DNA of 64,000 nucleotides from Perna viridis (taxonomy: Eukaryota), in assembly GCA_037379345.1 (NCBI GenBank), contig CM074518.1, positions 19,716,001-19,780,000 on the forward strand. The letters are read 5' to 3'. A program made the position numbers and the translations under genes. The notes beneath the pieces are model-generated. The model had not been told where the DNA came from. It worked only from the letters and a program-made list of their open reading frames with translations, and searched no databases. Below, in pieces: positions 48,987-61,629 of the stretch. Positions within the stretch are counted from its first letter, which is position 1. Each line of letters begins with the position of its first letter.

Positions 48987-50520
48987 TTAACCCTAACTTT
49001 AAAACTAACCATAAACCTTATATTAACCCATACCCTACATTTAACCTTAACGTTAAACCTAAACCTAAATTCTAACCCTAACACTTTATTTACTCTTACC
49101 CTAACCCTAACACCAACCCCAACTTTAACCCTTACCCTATAACTTAACCTATACCTAAACCCTAACCCTAACCGTAAGTGTAACCCTAACCCTTACCTTA
49201 ACCCTAACCCTAACCTTAAACATTATCCATGAACCTCAACCCAAACCTTATCTCTAACGCTAACACTTACCTTAACCCTAACCCTAAACCTAACCCTATA
49301 CCTAAACCCTTACCTTAAACCTATACCTAAATTTTAAACCTAACCCGTACTGTAACTCTCAACCCTAACCCTAGCCATTAACCATGAATACAAACCAAAA
49401 CCTTAACTCTGACTTTTACCCTAACCCTCATCCCAAACCTAAAACTACACCTAAAGCCTTACCTTAATCCTGAAATTAAATTCTAACCCTATCCCTAACC
49501 CTAACCCTGACACTGACACTAACCCTAACAATTACTCTAAGCCCTAACCCTGACCTAAATCTTAGCCTCTAAAACTAACCTCAACCCTAAACCTAAACAT
49601 AACCCTTGATCTTAACCTTAATGTTTAGGCTAAGATGAAGTGTTAAGGTTACGGTTACGGTGAGAGTTAAGAGTAAGGGTTAGAGTATTCTTGTTTTGGT
49701 TATTGTTTAGGGTTAAGGTTAACGTTTATGGCTACGGCATATGTTTAGGGTTGGGGTTAGTTTTAGAATTTAGGGAGTATGTATGGATTAGGGTTGTAGT
49801 TAGGGTTAGGGTTGTAGTTAGGGTTAGGGTTAAAATTAGGGTTAGGCTTCAGGTTAAGAGTTAAGGTTAGGGTTAGGGATAGGGTTAGGGTTAGTGTTAA
49901 AAATTAGGATTTTGTGTTAGGGGTAAAATAAGATTAAAGTGAAGATTAGAGTTATGGATAGGATTTGGGTTAGGGTTAGGGTTTAGGGTAAGGATTAAGG
50001 TTAGGGTTTGGGTTAGAGTTAAGCTTAATTTTTTTGTTTTAAAGTTACAATTAGGGATAGGGTTAGGTTTAAGGTTGAGGGTTGGGGGTTAGGATTAGTG
50101 TAAAAAATTAGGACTTTGTGTTAGGGGTAATGTAAGGTTAAAGTGAAAATTAGAGTTATGGATAGGGTTTGGGATTAGGGTTAGGGTTACGGTTAGGGTT
50201 AGAATTTAGGTTCAGGGTTAGAATTAGGGTTACGTTTGAGATTACGGTTAAGGGTAGCTTAAGGGTTATGGTTTGCGCCGGGTTTGTGTTGGGATTAGGG
50301 GTTAGGGTTAAAATTTAGATTTAGAGTTAGAATTAGGGTTACTGTTGAGGTAAGGGTTTTGTTAGTATTAGGTTTAGCTTAAAGGTTACTGTCTGGGTTG
50401 GGTTTTGTGTAAGGGTTAGTTTAAGGATGGGGGTTAGGGTTACGGTTGGGGTTAGGGTTAGAGTTAGGTTAGGGTTTGGATTTCGGGTTAGGTGTAAGGT
50501 TTGTTTTAGGTTAGGGTTCA
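48987..50520. repeat. Telomere-like array: C-rich to ~49620, then G-rich to 50520
   Basis: CCCTAA to TTAGGG switch at an imperfect palindrome (49605-49640). Confidence 0.9.
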
Positions 50521-51145
50521 CATTCAATATCACAAACTTTCTTCTCATCTGAAGCAATGCTCTTTTATTATCACAACTAATATTTTAGTTCGGAGCTAGC
50601 TGAAGCTACGGTAACACGGTACCTTTCAACACGACAAGTTTTGTGACGTGCTTGGCCCTTACAATGAGGCTTCTGGAACAAAGGTTATCTTGCTTCCAAA
50701 TTAAAGACATCCCCACAGAATCGTCATGGTGTATCCATCTGCACTATGAAAAAGCAATTTGTTTACTGTTTCATACTCTCCCTTCCCTCTTTTGTCTACC
50801 CCTGACGTGCCATATTTTTGAGCAACTCAGCTCGTGTTTCTATTAAAAAAAACAGAGGATAATTGCCTTACCGGTGTAGCTGACTCATGCGCCAAGTATT
50901 TAGTGAAGTCCTTATTGCTCAATTATTTTGTTTCTCTGAAAGCGATATTATGGTTTATATTTCATATTTTTTGTTGTGTGTGCCTATTTGCCGTGTCCAA
51001 TCATTGGATGTCATTCGCTTTACTTCCGTTCAGATCCTTGTTTTTTAAGTCACATAGTTTTATTTTATGATCTCTTTTTTATTTCAGTTTCCTAGGATAA
51101 AGTCCTCTTCTTCCTCTCCAAAAATTAAATGAAATTGTGTCCATT
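50521..51145 (+). mobile_element. PLE-derived cassette copy 3
   Basis: TTCAATATCACAAACTTT (FNITNF); LTMRLLEQ; shares the downstream ATTTCAGTTTCCT.GGAT...GTCCATT with copy 2. Confidence 0.85.
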
Positions 51146-51422
51146 GAGGAAACGGAAGAACCTTTATTTGAGTCACTTTTCAGGGTTGAAGTCCAATTTT
51201 TCAAAACATAAGGTTAGATATATGTAACATGTGTAGGTCATAAACATATGTTTCTTTCCTGAATTGAATTCGAAGGAGCTCCATGCCTTACATACTTGTT
51301 TGTAACACCGCTTACCTTGTTTAGGATTGACCATTTTCACTTAATGTGTGTTTGTTTGATACGATCTTTTGGTTTAAAACTGAGGTGACAATTTGGCAGA
51401 AATCAACAGCGTGGTATCAATA

Positions 51423-51921
51423 ACATGGATTTGTATGTTTGTTGGGGTTTAACGTCCGAGCAGCAATATTTCAGCTATAAATTCAGGCAATGAACATGAA
51501 ATGATGATGAAATGAAAAAGGGATGAGACACAAGGACAATGGTGTCGACACATTTTTATTGCCACTGAAAATAGGAAGAGGTGGGTAGGGTCGGGCAATT
51601 TAGCCTCCTGTGGCGGAGCCCTATGGTTCCTACTCCGGGAGAATACCACAGTAGGGTTCTTTAACGTGCGAGGAACGTGGCATCTTTCCCAACACGGTGC
51701 ACCACTATGGTTTGCGGTCAGGTTTTCCGTATTATAGCCTTACAATCCCAGCATGTAACACGCCAGGGGTATCCCATTCCACCACATGGGGCACACATCC
51801 CAGTTGCTCTGTAGGCAAAGCGCCCTAGCCCCCGGCTAGGGTTCTGAGCACTATTTAGTCGCCTTTTAGACAAGCTTAGCGCTGCTGCAGGCATATTCTT
51901 TTAACACCCGGACCTGCACGG
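51423..51921 (-). mobile_element. Full-length inverted copy of the structured SINE-like element
   Basis: TSD GGTATCAATA (51413-51422 / 51922-51931); collinear with 25249-25760. Confidence 0.88.
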
Positions 51922-52410
51922 GGTATCAATACTGTCCAGAGGTTTTTAAGGTCCCAGAACTATGAAAGGAAGCTGCATAGTTGGAAACGATTACATGAAG
52001 TTACGTGCATTAGCATTTTTCATACATGCTTGTGTTAAACTTCAAAGGAATAAGTTGTTTTTTATCGTGAAGTGGAAGAATGAAAATAATATTCTTGAAA
52101 GCAATCATTAATTTCATGTAACGATTGCCAGTGCATGTTGTCATCGTTGGCTACACAGACATTGCAAAAGAAATAATAAAACTAGCGTAACAAGATATAA
52201 TAATGATAACTGCTTAATAAGAAATGAAAGTGTAAATTATGGGACATGACGAGTTCACACAATTACTTTCTGTTGTTTTTGTGTTCTGATTTTAGACAAT
52301 CTTGTGTTTAAATTTCTCCATACACCCGATGCCAATTAGACTAGTAATCATATCCATGTAATAAACTAAATGTATTTTGAAAATGAAATGAGTACTTCAT
52401 TTATGCAATG

Positions 52411-52461
52411 TTATGCCGCTGATGAGATGTTACTCCCTGAAACACGCGTGCGTAAGCATAA
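52411..52461 (+). ncRNA. Degenerate minimal type-I hammerhead-like motif
   Basis: TTATGCCG-CTGATGA-G(12 nt)-GAAAC-ACGC-GTG...GCATAA. The cleavage triplet would be GUG, which is not NUH. Confidence 0.4.
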
Positions 52462-53054
52462 GTTTGATATGATATATATGATTGGTGTGTTTGTACTTTA
52501 TAAGTACACGATTTTTAGTTAATAATAAAACTTTGGATACTATGGTTAAATTCAGTCAAAATTTGGTCTAGTCTAAATGATTAAAAATTGAAAACTACTC
52601 TAGTACAATAAGGAACTTACCACTGAAAGACTCTGTCCGAAATAAAGTCTATTCAAATAACCTGGTCACACAATGACAATTTATTCCCATGTCATACAGT
52701 TAAATCTTCATATTCGAAATACAAAATAATGTAAAATTTAAAGGCGCCTTTTTGTAAAGGTTGAAAAAGATCTTTTTTCGTTCTTTTTTTCCAAGTGCTC
52801 ATCAAGACATCACAAAATAAAGCATAAAAAGAGAGATAACTGCGACCTCTTAAGAGTGTCTAGAGAAAATTGATAAAGACAGACAATCATATATTCATAT
52901 TAAAATAATTGAATTAGATGTATTTATGTTTGAGATTCATAATGGAACACAACTAAACAAGGTATTTACAAATACCATTTCTGATTAAAATGTGTCATAT
53001 TCGTTTGCTCTTTTTGCTAGGCTATTTTAAGTCATTTAAATCATCATAATAGTA

Positions 53055-53312
53055 CACAGGCAAATATTTTTCATGTGAAATTCATGTTAATCGAGCTTCA
53101 CATGAAATTCATGTGAAATTCACATGAAATTAACATGATTTTCATGAGAAATTCACTAAACACGAATTTCATGTGAAAATTTCGTGTGAATTTCACGCAA
53201 AGGCTCCATTCACCCGAATTTCACGTGAACTCTGTCACTTAGTTAATTTGCTCAATTAAGTTGAAAATCATTTGAAATTCACGTGAAAATCACATGAAAT
53301 AATTTGCCTGTG
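53055..53312. mobile_element. MITE with 5'-CAC...GTG-3' ends and TA TSD (CMC/EnSpm-like)
   Basis: TIR CACAGGCAAATATTTTTCATGTGAAATTCATGT / ACGTGAAAATCACATGAAATAATTTGCCTGTG; interior is reiterated TTCA(T/C)(G/A)TGAA. Confidence 0.85.
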
Positions 53313-53899
53313 TACTTAAGACATCTTGTTCGACTAACTAAAATCACGCCATTAAACAATAATTTGAATTCAAAAATTGAAATTAATCAAAATAATTACA
53401 ACACTTAAATCCTGTCAATCATGTTTTATTAGAGACTTGGTACACTTTTAAAAGACCAATCACTTAATACTTAAGAAGTATTTGACAACTAATCAGAACA
53501 TGAATATTTCGAGAAAAAAAAAATTAAAAATAGGATATACAAGCAATAAAAAAATTCACTTAAGAGAACACTTTTTTGTAATTAGAAAAAGTGTCTCGAA
53601 AATAAAAAAAAAAAAAAAAAAATAGATAAAATAAAATAAAAAGTGTGATTACTACCCGAGAGAATTCTTTTTTTCTCAAAAGAATCACAAAATAGAAGGT
53701 ACATTGTAATATCTAGCATAAAATAAATAATTCATAACGAATAGAGGAACCGATCGTATGTAATTCAGTATAATGTAAAAGCAAAAATAATTGGTTAATT
53801 AAGGCCAGAGATAAAAAAAGGAAAATGGCAAAAATTAGACAAAAAATACACTAAAATAAAACAAAAAGGAAACGTCAAAAGAAGTGTATGACAAAAATA

Positions 53900-55160
53900 C
53901 AGAAGGCGCCGAATTATATCGATACGTTCACAACGAAAACCTTGAAAGCAATCAGAAATTACTAATCGCCAAAGGTCTGAAATTTGTACCAAGTACTAAA
54001 CCAAAACATGCTGCTAGAATATCTCTTATATAAACCTTTGTGGAACTAGGTAGAAAATGCGATGTAAATGTTTATTTGACAGTGGATCTAATGAATTCAA
54101 TTACCATCCCTTCCAAACAAAACCTTGAATCAAGCCAAACGCAGCAAACTGTGCAATGAAAACTATATTTTTGCAACAAAAATCGAATTAAGTGAAATAC
54201 CAATGAAGCCATTCCGAGACAATTTATCAAAGCATGAAAGAAATGCACTACACACATTAAGACATAATGATCGAATAACAATTAAAAAAAAGCAGACAAA
54301 AACTCCTCAACGGTTGTTTTAGACAAGGGGATATATCTTAGAATAGCTAGAAAACAACTAAATGATCATATACATTATGAACAAATTCAAGAATCTCCGA
54401 AATACTATAACGATTACCATACACATCGGATATTTCTCTACTTTCAATATATAGGGACGATGCACAAACACAATTTCTGGATGTACTGGTTTATAAAAAA
54501 ACGGTTGAAGACTAACGAAACACTGGACGTCAAATTGTATCGTAAACCTATAGACAACTTCCAATACTTAGTCAAATTATCCGCCAACCCGACCTCTGTC
54601 TTCAAAGGATTCATAATTGGGGAAGTATCACGATTCATTAGAACATGCAACAACAGGGATGACCTCAACGCACAGTAAGAATTATTCAAGAACAAACTTT
54701 ACCATAGGGGTTACAATTTGGATGAAACTAATCCATGGATACTAAACACGCTTGAGAAATCTCGAAAAAATACATTAGAGTATAAAACTAAAAAATAAGA
54801 GAAGATCTCCGCCGTTAGTTTTAGCTACTAAATTCAATCAATTATTAAAACAATTAGGAAGATATTTGATAAACAAACATCGGCATTTCATTGATAACGA
54901 CGAAGAACCACGTGCATTATTTTTACTCTATCGACGTGAAAGGCTAGAGTACCTGATGAGAATGTACGGCCTTGGTCAACTTGACCTAAATGATATCCGA
55001 AACACAAGGTGAACAGATAAAGATATAAGTTCCTACTCACTAAATATACAAAGAGAGGTAACTGCTACCTCTTATCAGTAAATTGAACATTACAGAAGGA
55101 ATAAAATTATTAACGGAATCGTGTGTAGAGAAAATTAATAAATAAAAAAAGTAATCATTA
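53900..55160 (+). mobile_element. Penelope-like element family B relic (RT core deleted)
   Basis: KGLKFVP; DNLSKHERNALHTLRHNDRITIKK(A)DKNSSTVVLDK; LYRKPIDNFQYL..SANPTSVFKGFIIGEVSRFIR; RGY; PLVLATKFN...KHRHFID. Confidence 0.85.
54950..55012 (+). ncRNA. Degenerate hammerhead-like motif at the 3' end of PLE family B
   Basis: ACCTGATGA-GAATGT...GGTCAACTTGACC...ATATCC-GAAAC-ACAAGGT. Core boxes are intact; stem III and the cleavage site look damaged. Confidence 0.45.
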
Positions 55161-55509
55161 CTCACTGTCTTAGAAGAAACTGATTATTTTTAAACCAAGG
55201 ACTAATATCTGAAAAGGAATTTGGTAAGAGACCCTTTGAGAACCATTTCCTTGTTCGTCCAGAATTCTAATAACGCTAGATCAAATTCAATTTTGAAAGT
55301 TTGTCGGAAGTTGAGAGCATCCTTAACATGCATTATTTTCATTTTTTGTCTTTGAAATTTATCAATATATATGTTCCAGTTATGTATATCTGTTTTCCAT
55401 GTTTGGTATTTCTCCATGGATTACATTCTTTTGATATCTGCTAGAACCTTTGTTCCTTTACTCTTCCATGCAGTAGCCTTTCATATGTTCCAAAAGTAAC
55501 TCAGCGACA

Positions 55510-55680
55510 TATTTGAAGCAAGCCTTGTTCTTGGGCTTGGTGGAATGAAATTGTCCGGACTTTTTCTGAAATTTCACAGTGGACAGGACAACCTTTAACT
55601 TCCTCATAACAGAGCTGAATGACAGTTTATAGCAAAAAACACGGAATTTAAACGGGCATTACCGGTTGACACGGAAAAGG
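55510..55680 (+). pseudogene. PIF/Harbinger (HARBI1-like) transposase N-terminal fragment
   Basis: PCSWAWWNEIVRTF / FTVDRTTFNFL / AKNTEFKRALPVD resembles RSxxWW..FRMxRxTFxxL..DTxxRxAIPV. Confidence 0.4.
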
Positions 55681-56559
55681 ATACTTTTGATATTTTTTTA
55701 TAAACTGGTTACAAAACTTTACACCTTAATCTTATATTCACATTATGTAAATAAACGAATCATTTTCATGGTCTTGTTACAAAATGATATGAAGAAATAT
55801 AATTGTTTTACTCCTTTAAAGAAAAATATTGTAAAGAAGCAAATAAATAAGAAATAAAACAACTCTTGTTTCTAAAAAGTTTAAGAATATTTTAAGTGAT
55901 TTTAATTTTTTTTTTGGTTCATTGCAATACCCAAAACACATTAATGGTTTTCATAACAATGGGGATTTCCACACATTTCAGGTGTAAAAGCCTTGACTTT
56001 TCTAAGCAAATCAATAATATTATACAACATGCAGCTAAACAATTGTCGTCATAAACCTTTTAACATGGACAATGAATATCCCTGCTTTTAAATTTATAAA
56101 TTGCATGGTTATTAGTTACAGCTGATATATAAGGTTAATATGAAATTATTGTAGTGGTAGCCTATAAGCCAAGTGATGAATACCTTTGGCAGAGCTTAAC
56201 AGTTTACTGCTATTATAATGGTATTTTAAGTTATAAAATATTGGTTAAGGATGCACCAATTATGCTTGAAGTAAGAGAGTATGAATATAACATTATACTA
56301 AAAATCCATTTTAGAATAAACTTTCTTGATTTTGTAGGGCCATTGATTGAACTCATATTCTTATTCTAGCACACAAAGAAAGACCTGCAGACTACTGTCA
56401 CATGTAATTAGTTAAAAGACAAAATTGGTAAAGTGATAACTATTTTTAATTTGTTTGGATATCAAAGAATTACATGAATAGCATAAATAGATGAAATGTG
56501 CTTTTATTTTTTTCTTTAATAAAATTGCATTTTAACAAAAAGTTTGTTTTTGATTTCAT

Positions 56560-58570
56560 TATATCTAATATTTTTAGTGGTGTTACACCATAGGGTATTG
56601 AAATGTGCCTAGGGTGGTTGAGATCAAAATGTTTGGCTAGTCTACTTGTCGGTGGTAAAGGGACGGTCAAGTGCGTAAATATTGCCTGCCAGCACAAAGT
56701 CTTAACACTACAAGGATTTATGCAATGCGTATACGTGGCAGAGGTTCGGAGGTCTGTGAATATATCCTGGCTTTTACTAGCATTGCCCTAGCTAGGGGAT
56801 AAAAAAGCTGCACTTCCTTGCGGAAGACACTGGAATGTCAACAACGATGAAAGTAAATCAAGAGAGAAAATCTGGTTAAATGGAACTCGTTAGCAAAAGC
56901 AATCGTCGGAGGGAGATAAACCCCGACCAAAAAACTGCTGGCCATCCGAGGCCAAGGGGTTAAGGTAGAATTAATCACCCAATCTTGAAAAAAAACTGAT
57001 TACAGAAACGATCAAGAAAATACTATTTCACGTCCAGGACATGATGAAGTGCAAAATAACAAATTAACAGAAAACAGCAGATGATGCATCAAAACATACC
57101 ACCAGAATAGGCACCTGAAATGTAAAAAAAAATACCAACGCAGAAAAAAGAGATAGACATGTACAAGATTGAAATGTTAGGATTTAACGAGGTTATATTG
57201 AATACATTATGCAAGATAAGTGTCAACACCAACGCAGCCGATCCACATGATAGAGAGGTTGCATTTCCCATATCAATAATTAAAAAAAATGCTCTACTAG
57301 AATTGAATCTCATCTCATCTAGACTCACTACAGCCAAATTTCGAGGTTTCAAAAACAACAATGATTCAAGGACAAGAACTGTCACTTGAATTAGAATCAG
57401 ATACATCACATTGCTGTCTCTCAAGATTAGAGATTTACCTTACAGGATGTATGGGCAAAAAAAGGTACAGATGCAGCATCAGACCACCAGTTAGTAGTAG
57501 GACATATCCACTTTACACTCTTAGCCACAAATTAGATTGAAAACAAGCGGAAGAAATTTAAAGTAGGGAAACTTAGAGACAGAAAAAAGACCAGACGGAT
57601 GGTAACACACAATTCATGAACAAAACAAGCAAGCAATACTAGAAACTTGTCAACAAAAACAGACGTAAAACTTTGATGTCAGATGATAATTGAAGTAAAA
57701 CAGAAGGGAGAAAATGCAAATAACAGGTTTTAAATGTCATCACAAGACAGGCATAAAAGTTATATAGAGAGAAGGATAAGGTGGTACGACGGGCTATAAA
57801 CTAGATAAAATAGGTCATGTTGTACAACTAGCAGATGCAAATGCCGCTGCTACCGCTAAGGGGTATTAACACTCGACAACTAAGTAGCATAACATCTAAT
57901 TCTAATACCTAGTAAAAGACATAAACGACAAGGCAGTCACAAAAAATAAAAAAAGACGTTGAGAGATAACATTCCAAGAAAGTCTAATGCCATACCATCT
58001 TGAAGAGAATGATGAAAGATGTACTAAGAGACGAACACACTAGGCCAGAAATATATTGTACTGACCAAGTGTCACCGTGTGAATCATCATAGAGCAAACA
58101 AAAGAAAGGTAGACAACAATATACGTGACAATTAAAAACTTCGATAAGGCTCTTATCAGAATTGACCATCATGTGTTATGGAGCATCCTCATGAACAATG
58201 ATATTCCTAGAAAAGTCAAACTTTTTTATCGGACAGCTGTATGATGGGTTCACTTGTCAAGTAATCCATGATGAAATGCTTACAGATTCTTTTCCTTTAA
58301 AAAGTGGCCTCAGACAATGATGTCTACTCTCTTTTATTATTTTTCTGACGAAAATATATTAGGTCAGCCGAACATTTTACATCAAATCTTTGGGCATTAA
58401 ATGGACATTACAATCGGGTCAAAAATATATTTTTTCTGCCTACGATATTTGACAGATTTTACATCGCCATCATGATTCACAAGACCAAGCAACAAATCTT
58501 GAGACAGCTGAAAAAAGAGCGGGACTTTGCATTAATCTAACAAAGACGAAATCCACTGACCAAATAACAT
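56560..58570 (+). mobile_element. RTE-clade LINE relic (5' UTR, endonuclease, RT)
   Basis: YKIEMLGFNE; ISSRLTTAKF; NQIHHIA; DVWAKKGTDAASDHQLVVG; QLYDGFTCQVIH..LTDSFPLKSGLRQ*CLLS; GLCINLTKTKS. Confidence 0.75.
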
Positions 58571-59262
58571 ACAACGAGCTACATGCAATCATCACCTATC
58601 GAAATGTGTATTTAAATATGTGTATATTGCAATCCGATCGCAAATTTGTATATTGAAACTAGTAAATGTCTGTTCATATAATCTTATTTTAATAGTCTTA
58701 AACAATTTGTAAAGAACTTCTTTTAAACAAACACTATCTAACCAGTTATGCGAATGATTTTCCTTTCAATAATATTCAATGATATGACAAATTGTTCTAA
58801 TAAATGTAAGTGATTATTTAATTCATTTCAACATGTGCGGCCTTGGGTTTTTTATTGATTGACCAGTATTTTTTTGCATGAAATATATATTATTTTCAAT
58901 TTTACTGTTTTTCACAGACATCTCCCAACTCCATGCTTCATAACTATGGGCAGAAAGATTAATTTTACTTATGGATGATATTTCTATCCCTACAGTTACA
59001 GTATGGAACCTCGAACATGGAATATAACTGAACTTCAACAATTCTCAACTGAGAGTGACAGTAAATTTGAATTATTATTTTGAATAAACGTTTCCTGGAA
59101 CTACGAGGAATGATTCAATTTTGATTTCAAGAACTGATTCCAAAGTTAACAGAAGGAAGCATTTACTTTCCGTAATTCATGTGTACATTATTGTATGCAC
59201 ATTAAAATTGAATGTAATTAGTGAAAGACAAGTAGTCACGTGTTCAATGGAAAATGCATTTG

Positions 59263-59295
<33 letters not shown>
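59263..59295. repeat. Poly-A tract
   Basis: Direct reading. Confidence 0.95.
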
Positions 59296-59299
<4 letters not shown>

Positions 59300-59874
59300 T
59301 GTGCAAAGTTGTGCTCTAACTGCATTCCAGTGACTGAAAGGAGAAACTTATGGATCCATTCCTATAGGACAGATACAGTGATCAATTTGATTAATATAAC
59401 TTTCTTTAATTGTGCTAACACTTATTGTTGTGTGTACATAAATATTTTGAAAATAAAGTATTGTTAAAATAAAAACATGATTCATATCCTAAAACATAAA
59501 TATTTTGCATAGAAGTTTGTTCAACATGTGTTTTATCTGAATTTAATGTCATATACATGTACTACACAGTCCTCAAGTTATAAAATCAGATCATATCATA
59601 CATCTGAACAAAAACTGAAAAGTCGACATGATTGGATCCTTCATGTTAATCATACGAGTGTTAACTATGAATTATACAACAGACCTTGAGGTCATTGAAT
59701 TATTACATGGTTATACATGTACATGTATAAACACTATGCCTGGCATCTTCAAACAAATATTCATGTAGTGATGTACAAACATATACCAACCTAAATAAAG
59801 CTAATTATAAGTAAAGTTAGTATTATATACATGTATTCCTTGAATAATGATACGCTATGTCAAATGATAAATTA

Positions 59875-59899
59875 TGTGTGTGTGTGTGTGTGTGTGTGT
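59875..59899. repeat. (TG)n microsatellite
   Basis: Direct reading. Confidence 0.95.
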
Positions 59900-60779
59900 T
59901 GGGGAGAGGGGGCGGCGCGTTTGTCAAAATTACTGTAAACCGGCAGTTTGTAAATGCAGTTTGAATTAACTTTTTTTTTAGATATTTCTGTATAGAGCAA
60001 AACACCACAATATTGTCCTTTCTTAGCAGGCAAATTATTCATCAGATGATAACCCATGTTCCTTGCAAACAAAATGCTCCAGAAAGTTCAAATTGTACAC
60101 TCAAGCAGTTATTTACTTTTCTGCAATGAATATTATAAATAACTACAATCTTCAATAAAAAATGTTATCATTTAAAAAACAAAAAAAGAAACTCAATCGC
60201 AGTCTATCGCAACTATATCGGACATTCACGCGAATCCGTCACATGTCAGTGTATGTGAGGTATACGTATACGAGAAAAAAAGTGCAGTAGCATGCGCTAG
60301 GTCGATTAAGGATATTCCATTTTTGCCTGAAAACTGCTGAGGGAAGCATTTTAGCGTTTTGTTTTATACATTTTTGAAATTGAGGAAACGCAAAAATATC
60401 TTATCTCAAGCAAGTTACGAGTCATGTTTTAACTTCCATTTATCAGACTTCCCGCAGCACTTTTTGACCAATATACATAGTCATTGTCCTACCACTAAAA
60501 TTTAAATTTAACATTTTGATTACTTCCCACTTTTGACATTTATGTGGTTCGACAAGAGCTTTCTTAACCGATTTTGATCGAACATTTTGATATTTTATTG
60601 ACATTTTTTTTTTTGTGTCTGGCGAGTTTTACTTAATGAACATGTAAACGTATAAAGATTAAAAGTTTAAAAGTAGCTCGATTTCGTTGACGAAAACATG
60701 ACACTTATGAAATTTCTCCTTAACACATCGGGTGCAGAAATTTGAGATGTTTCACAATTTAAATATCACTGAAGTTTCA

Positions 60780-61090
60780 TCAGCACATCAGGAGGGACCG
60801 ACGAAGACAAACAAGCAAGAATAAAAAGAAAGCCAAACGAGCCTTTGTATCTCTACACCAATCTGGAGGGGCAAAGCTCTCAGATTATAGTAAAATCTGT
60901 TCTTCGTTACAGAGACATGAAGACTTACCTTAGCTTCCACCAAAATAATTCAAGTTTTCTTATACAGGTGCCTAAGAAAAATCATAGAAATAAAGTGGCC
61001 AACAAAACAGGTAAAGGACAAACTAGAGTCTGTTAAAAAGAGTAGAAATCGATTGGACACTTTCAGGAAAACAAACACCAATGTGAACGT
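60780..61090 (+). mobile_element. RTE relic C-terminal part, separated from the upstream part by ~2.2 kb
   Basis: GGTDEDKQARIK/KAKRAFVSL/PIWR; VKSVL; IGH-like end. Confidence 0.6.
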
Positions 61091-61316
61091 AATATAATCA
61101 ATGATATGTTCAAGTACAAGTGATTTTTAGAATACTGAAAGAAATACTTATGCATGTATAATCAAATGTGATTTATATTACAAAAATGTTTACCTTCTTT
61201 CTGGTATTGTTTTGTTGCACTGTCTATCTTTTTCTATTGATAAAATTATTGAAATATGTATATATTTTATTCGAATTGACCATAACAATAGTAATTCAAC
61301 ATTTTACAATGATTGA

Positions 61317-61487
61317 AAGAGTAATCAAGGGAACCAAGGTTATTGCAGTAATCAACATAATGTAATCCTGGAACAAAGACCAGACATGGAAAACATACAC
61401 AAGAAAGAACACAAAGTAACTAAAATCATACACACAAAGCAACAAAAGCAAATGGGCAACTCGAACTCCACTAAAAACTGGGAGCTT
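61317..61487 (-). mobile_element. PLE family A 3' end fragment
   Basis: GAGTAATCAAGGGAACCAAGG...CTCCACTAAAAACTGGGAGC. Confidence 0.75.
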
Positions 61488-61629
61488 TCTACATGTAAAC
61501 GTAAAATATGAATATCGATGAAATTTCACATATAAAGATTAAAAGTTTCAAGATTTTGTTGATGAAAATATGACAATTATGAAATTTCTCCTTAGTACAT
61601 GGGGTGCAGAAATGTAAATATGTCATGTA

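Noticed and set aside
37122-50520. CRISPR-like repeat/spacer array
   Set aside because: There is no constant repeat with unique spacers, the context is eukaryotic, and there are no cas genes.
42149-50557. ORFs with (NP)n, (LT)n, (GL)n or (RV)n repeats
   Set aside because: These are translations of TTAGGG/CCCTAA repeats, with no evidence of coding.
46736-51145. Athena/Terminon-type telomere-primed retrotransposition
   Set aside because: PLE sense lies on the G-rich strand, which is the wrong polarity, and the copies share junctions and private mutations, indicating DNA-level amplification.
52615-52655. CTGAAAGAC..GTCCGAAA as a third hammerhead
   Set aside because: The core deviates from CTGANGA and there is no stem I or III.
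56570-56990. Self-cleaving ribozyme in the RTE 5' UTR
   Set aside because: The region is GC-richer than its flanks, but no twister, HDV or hammerhead core was recognisable.
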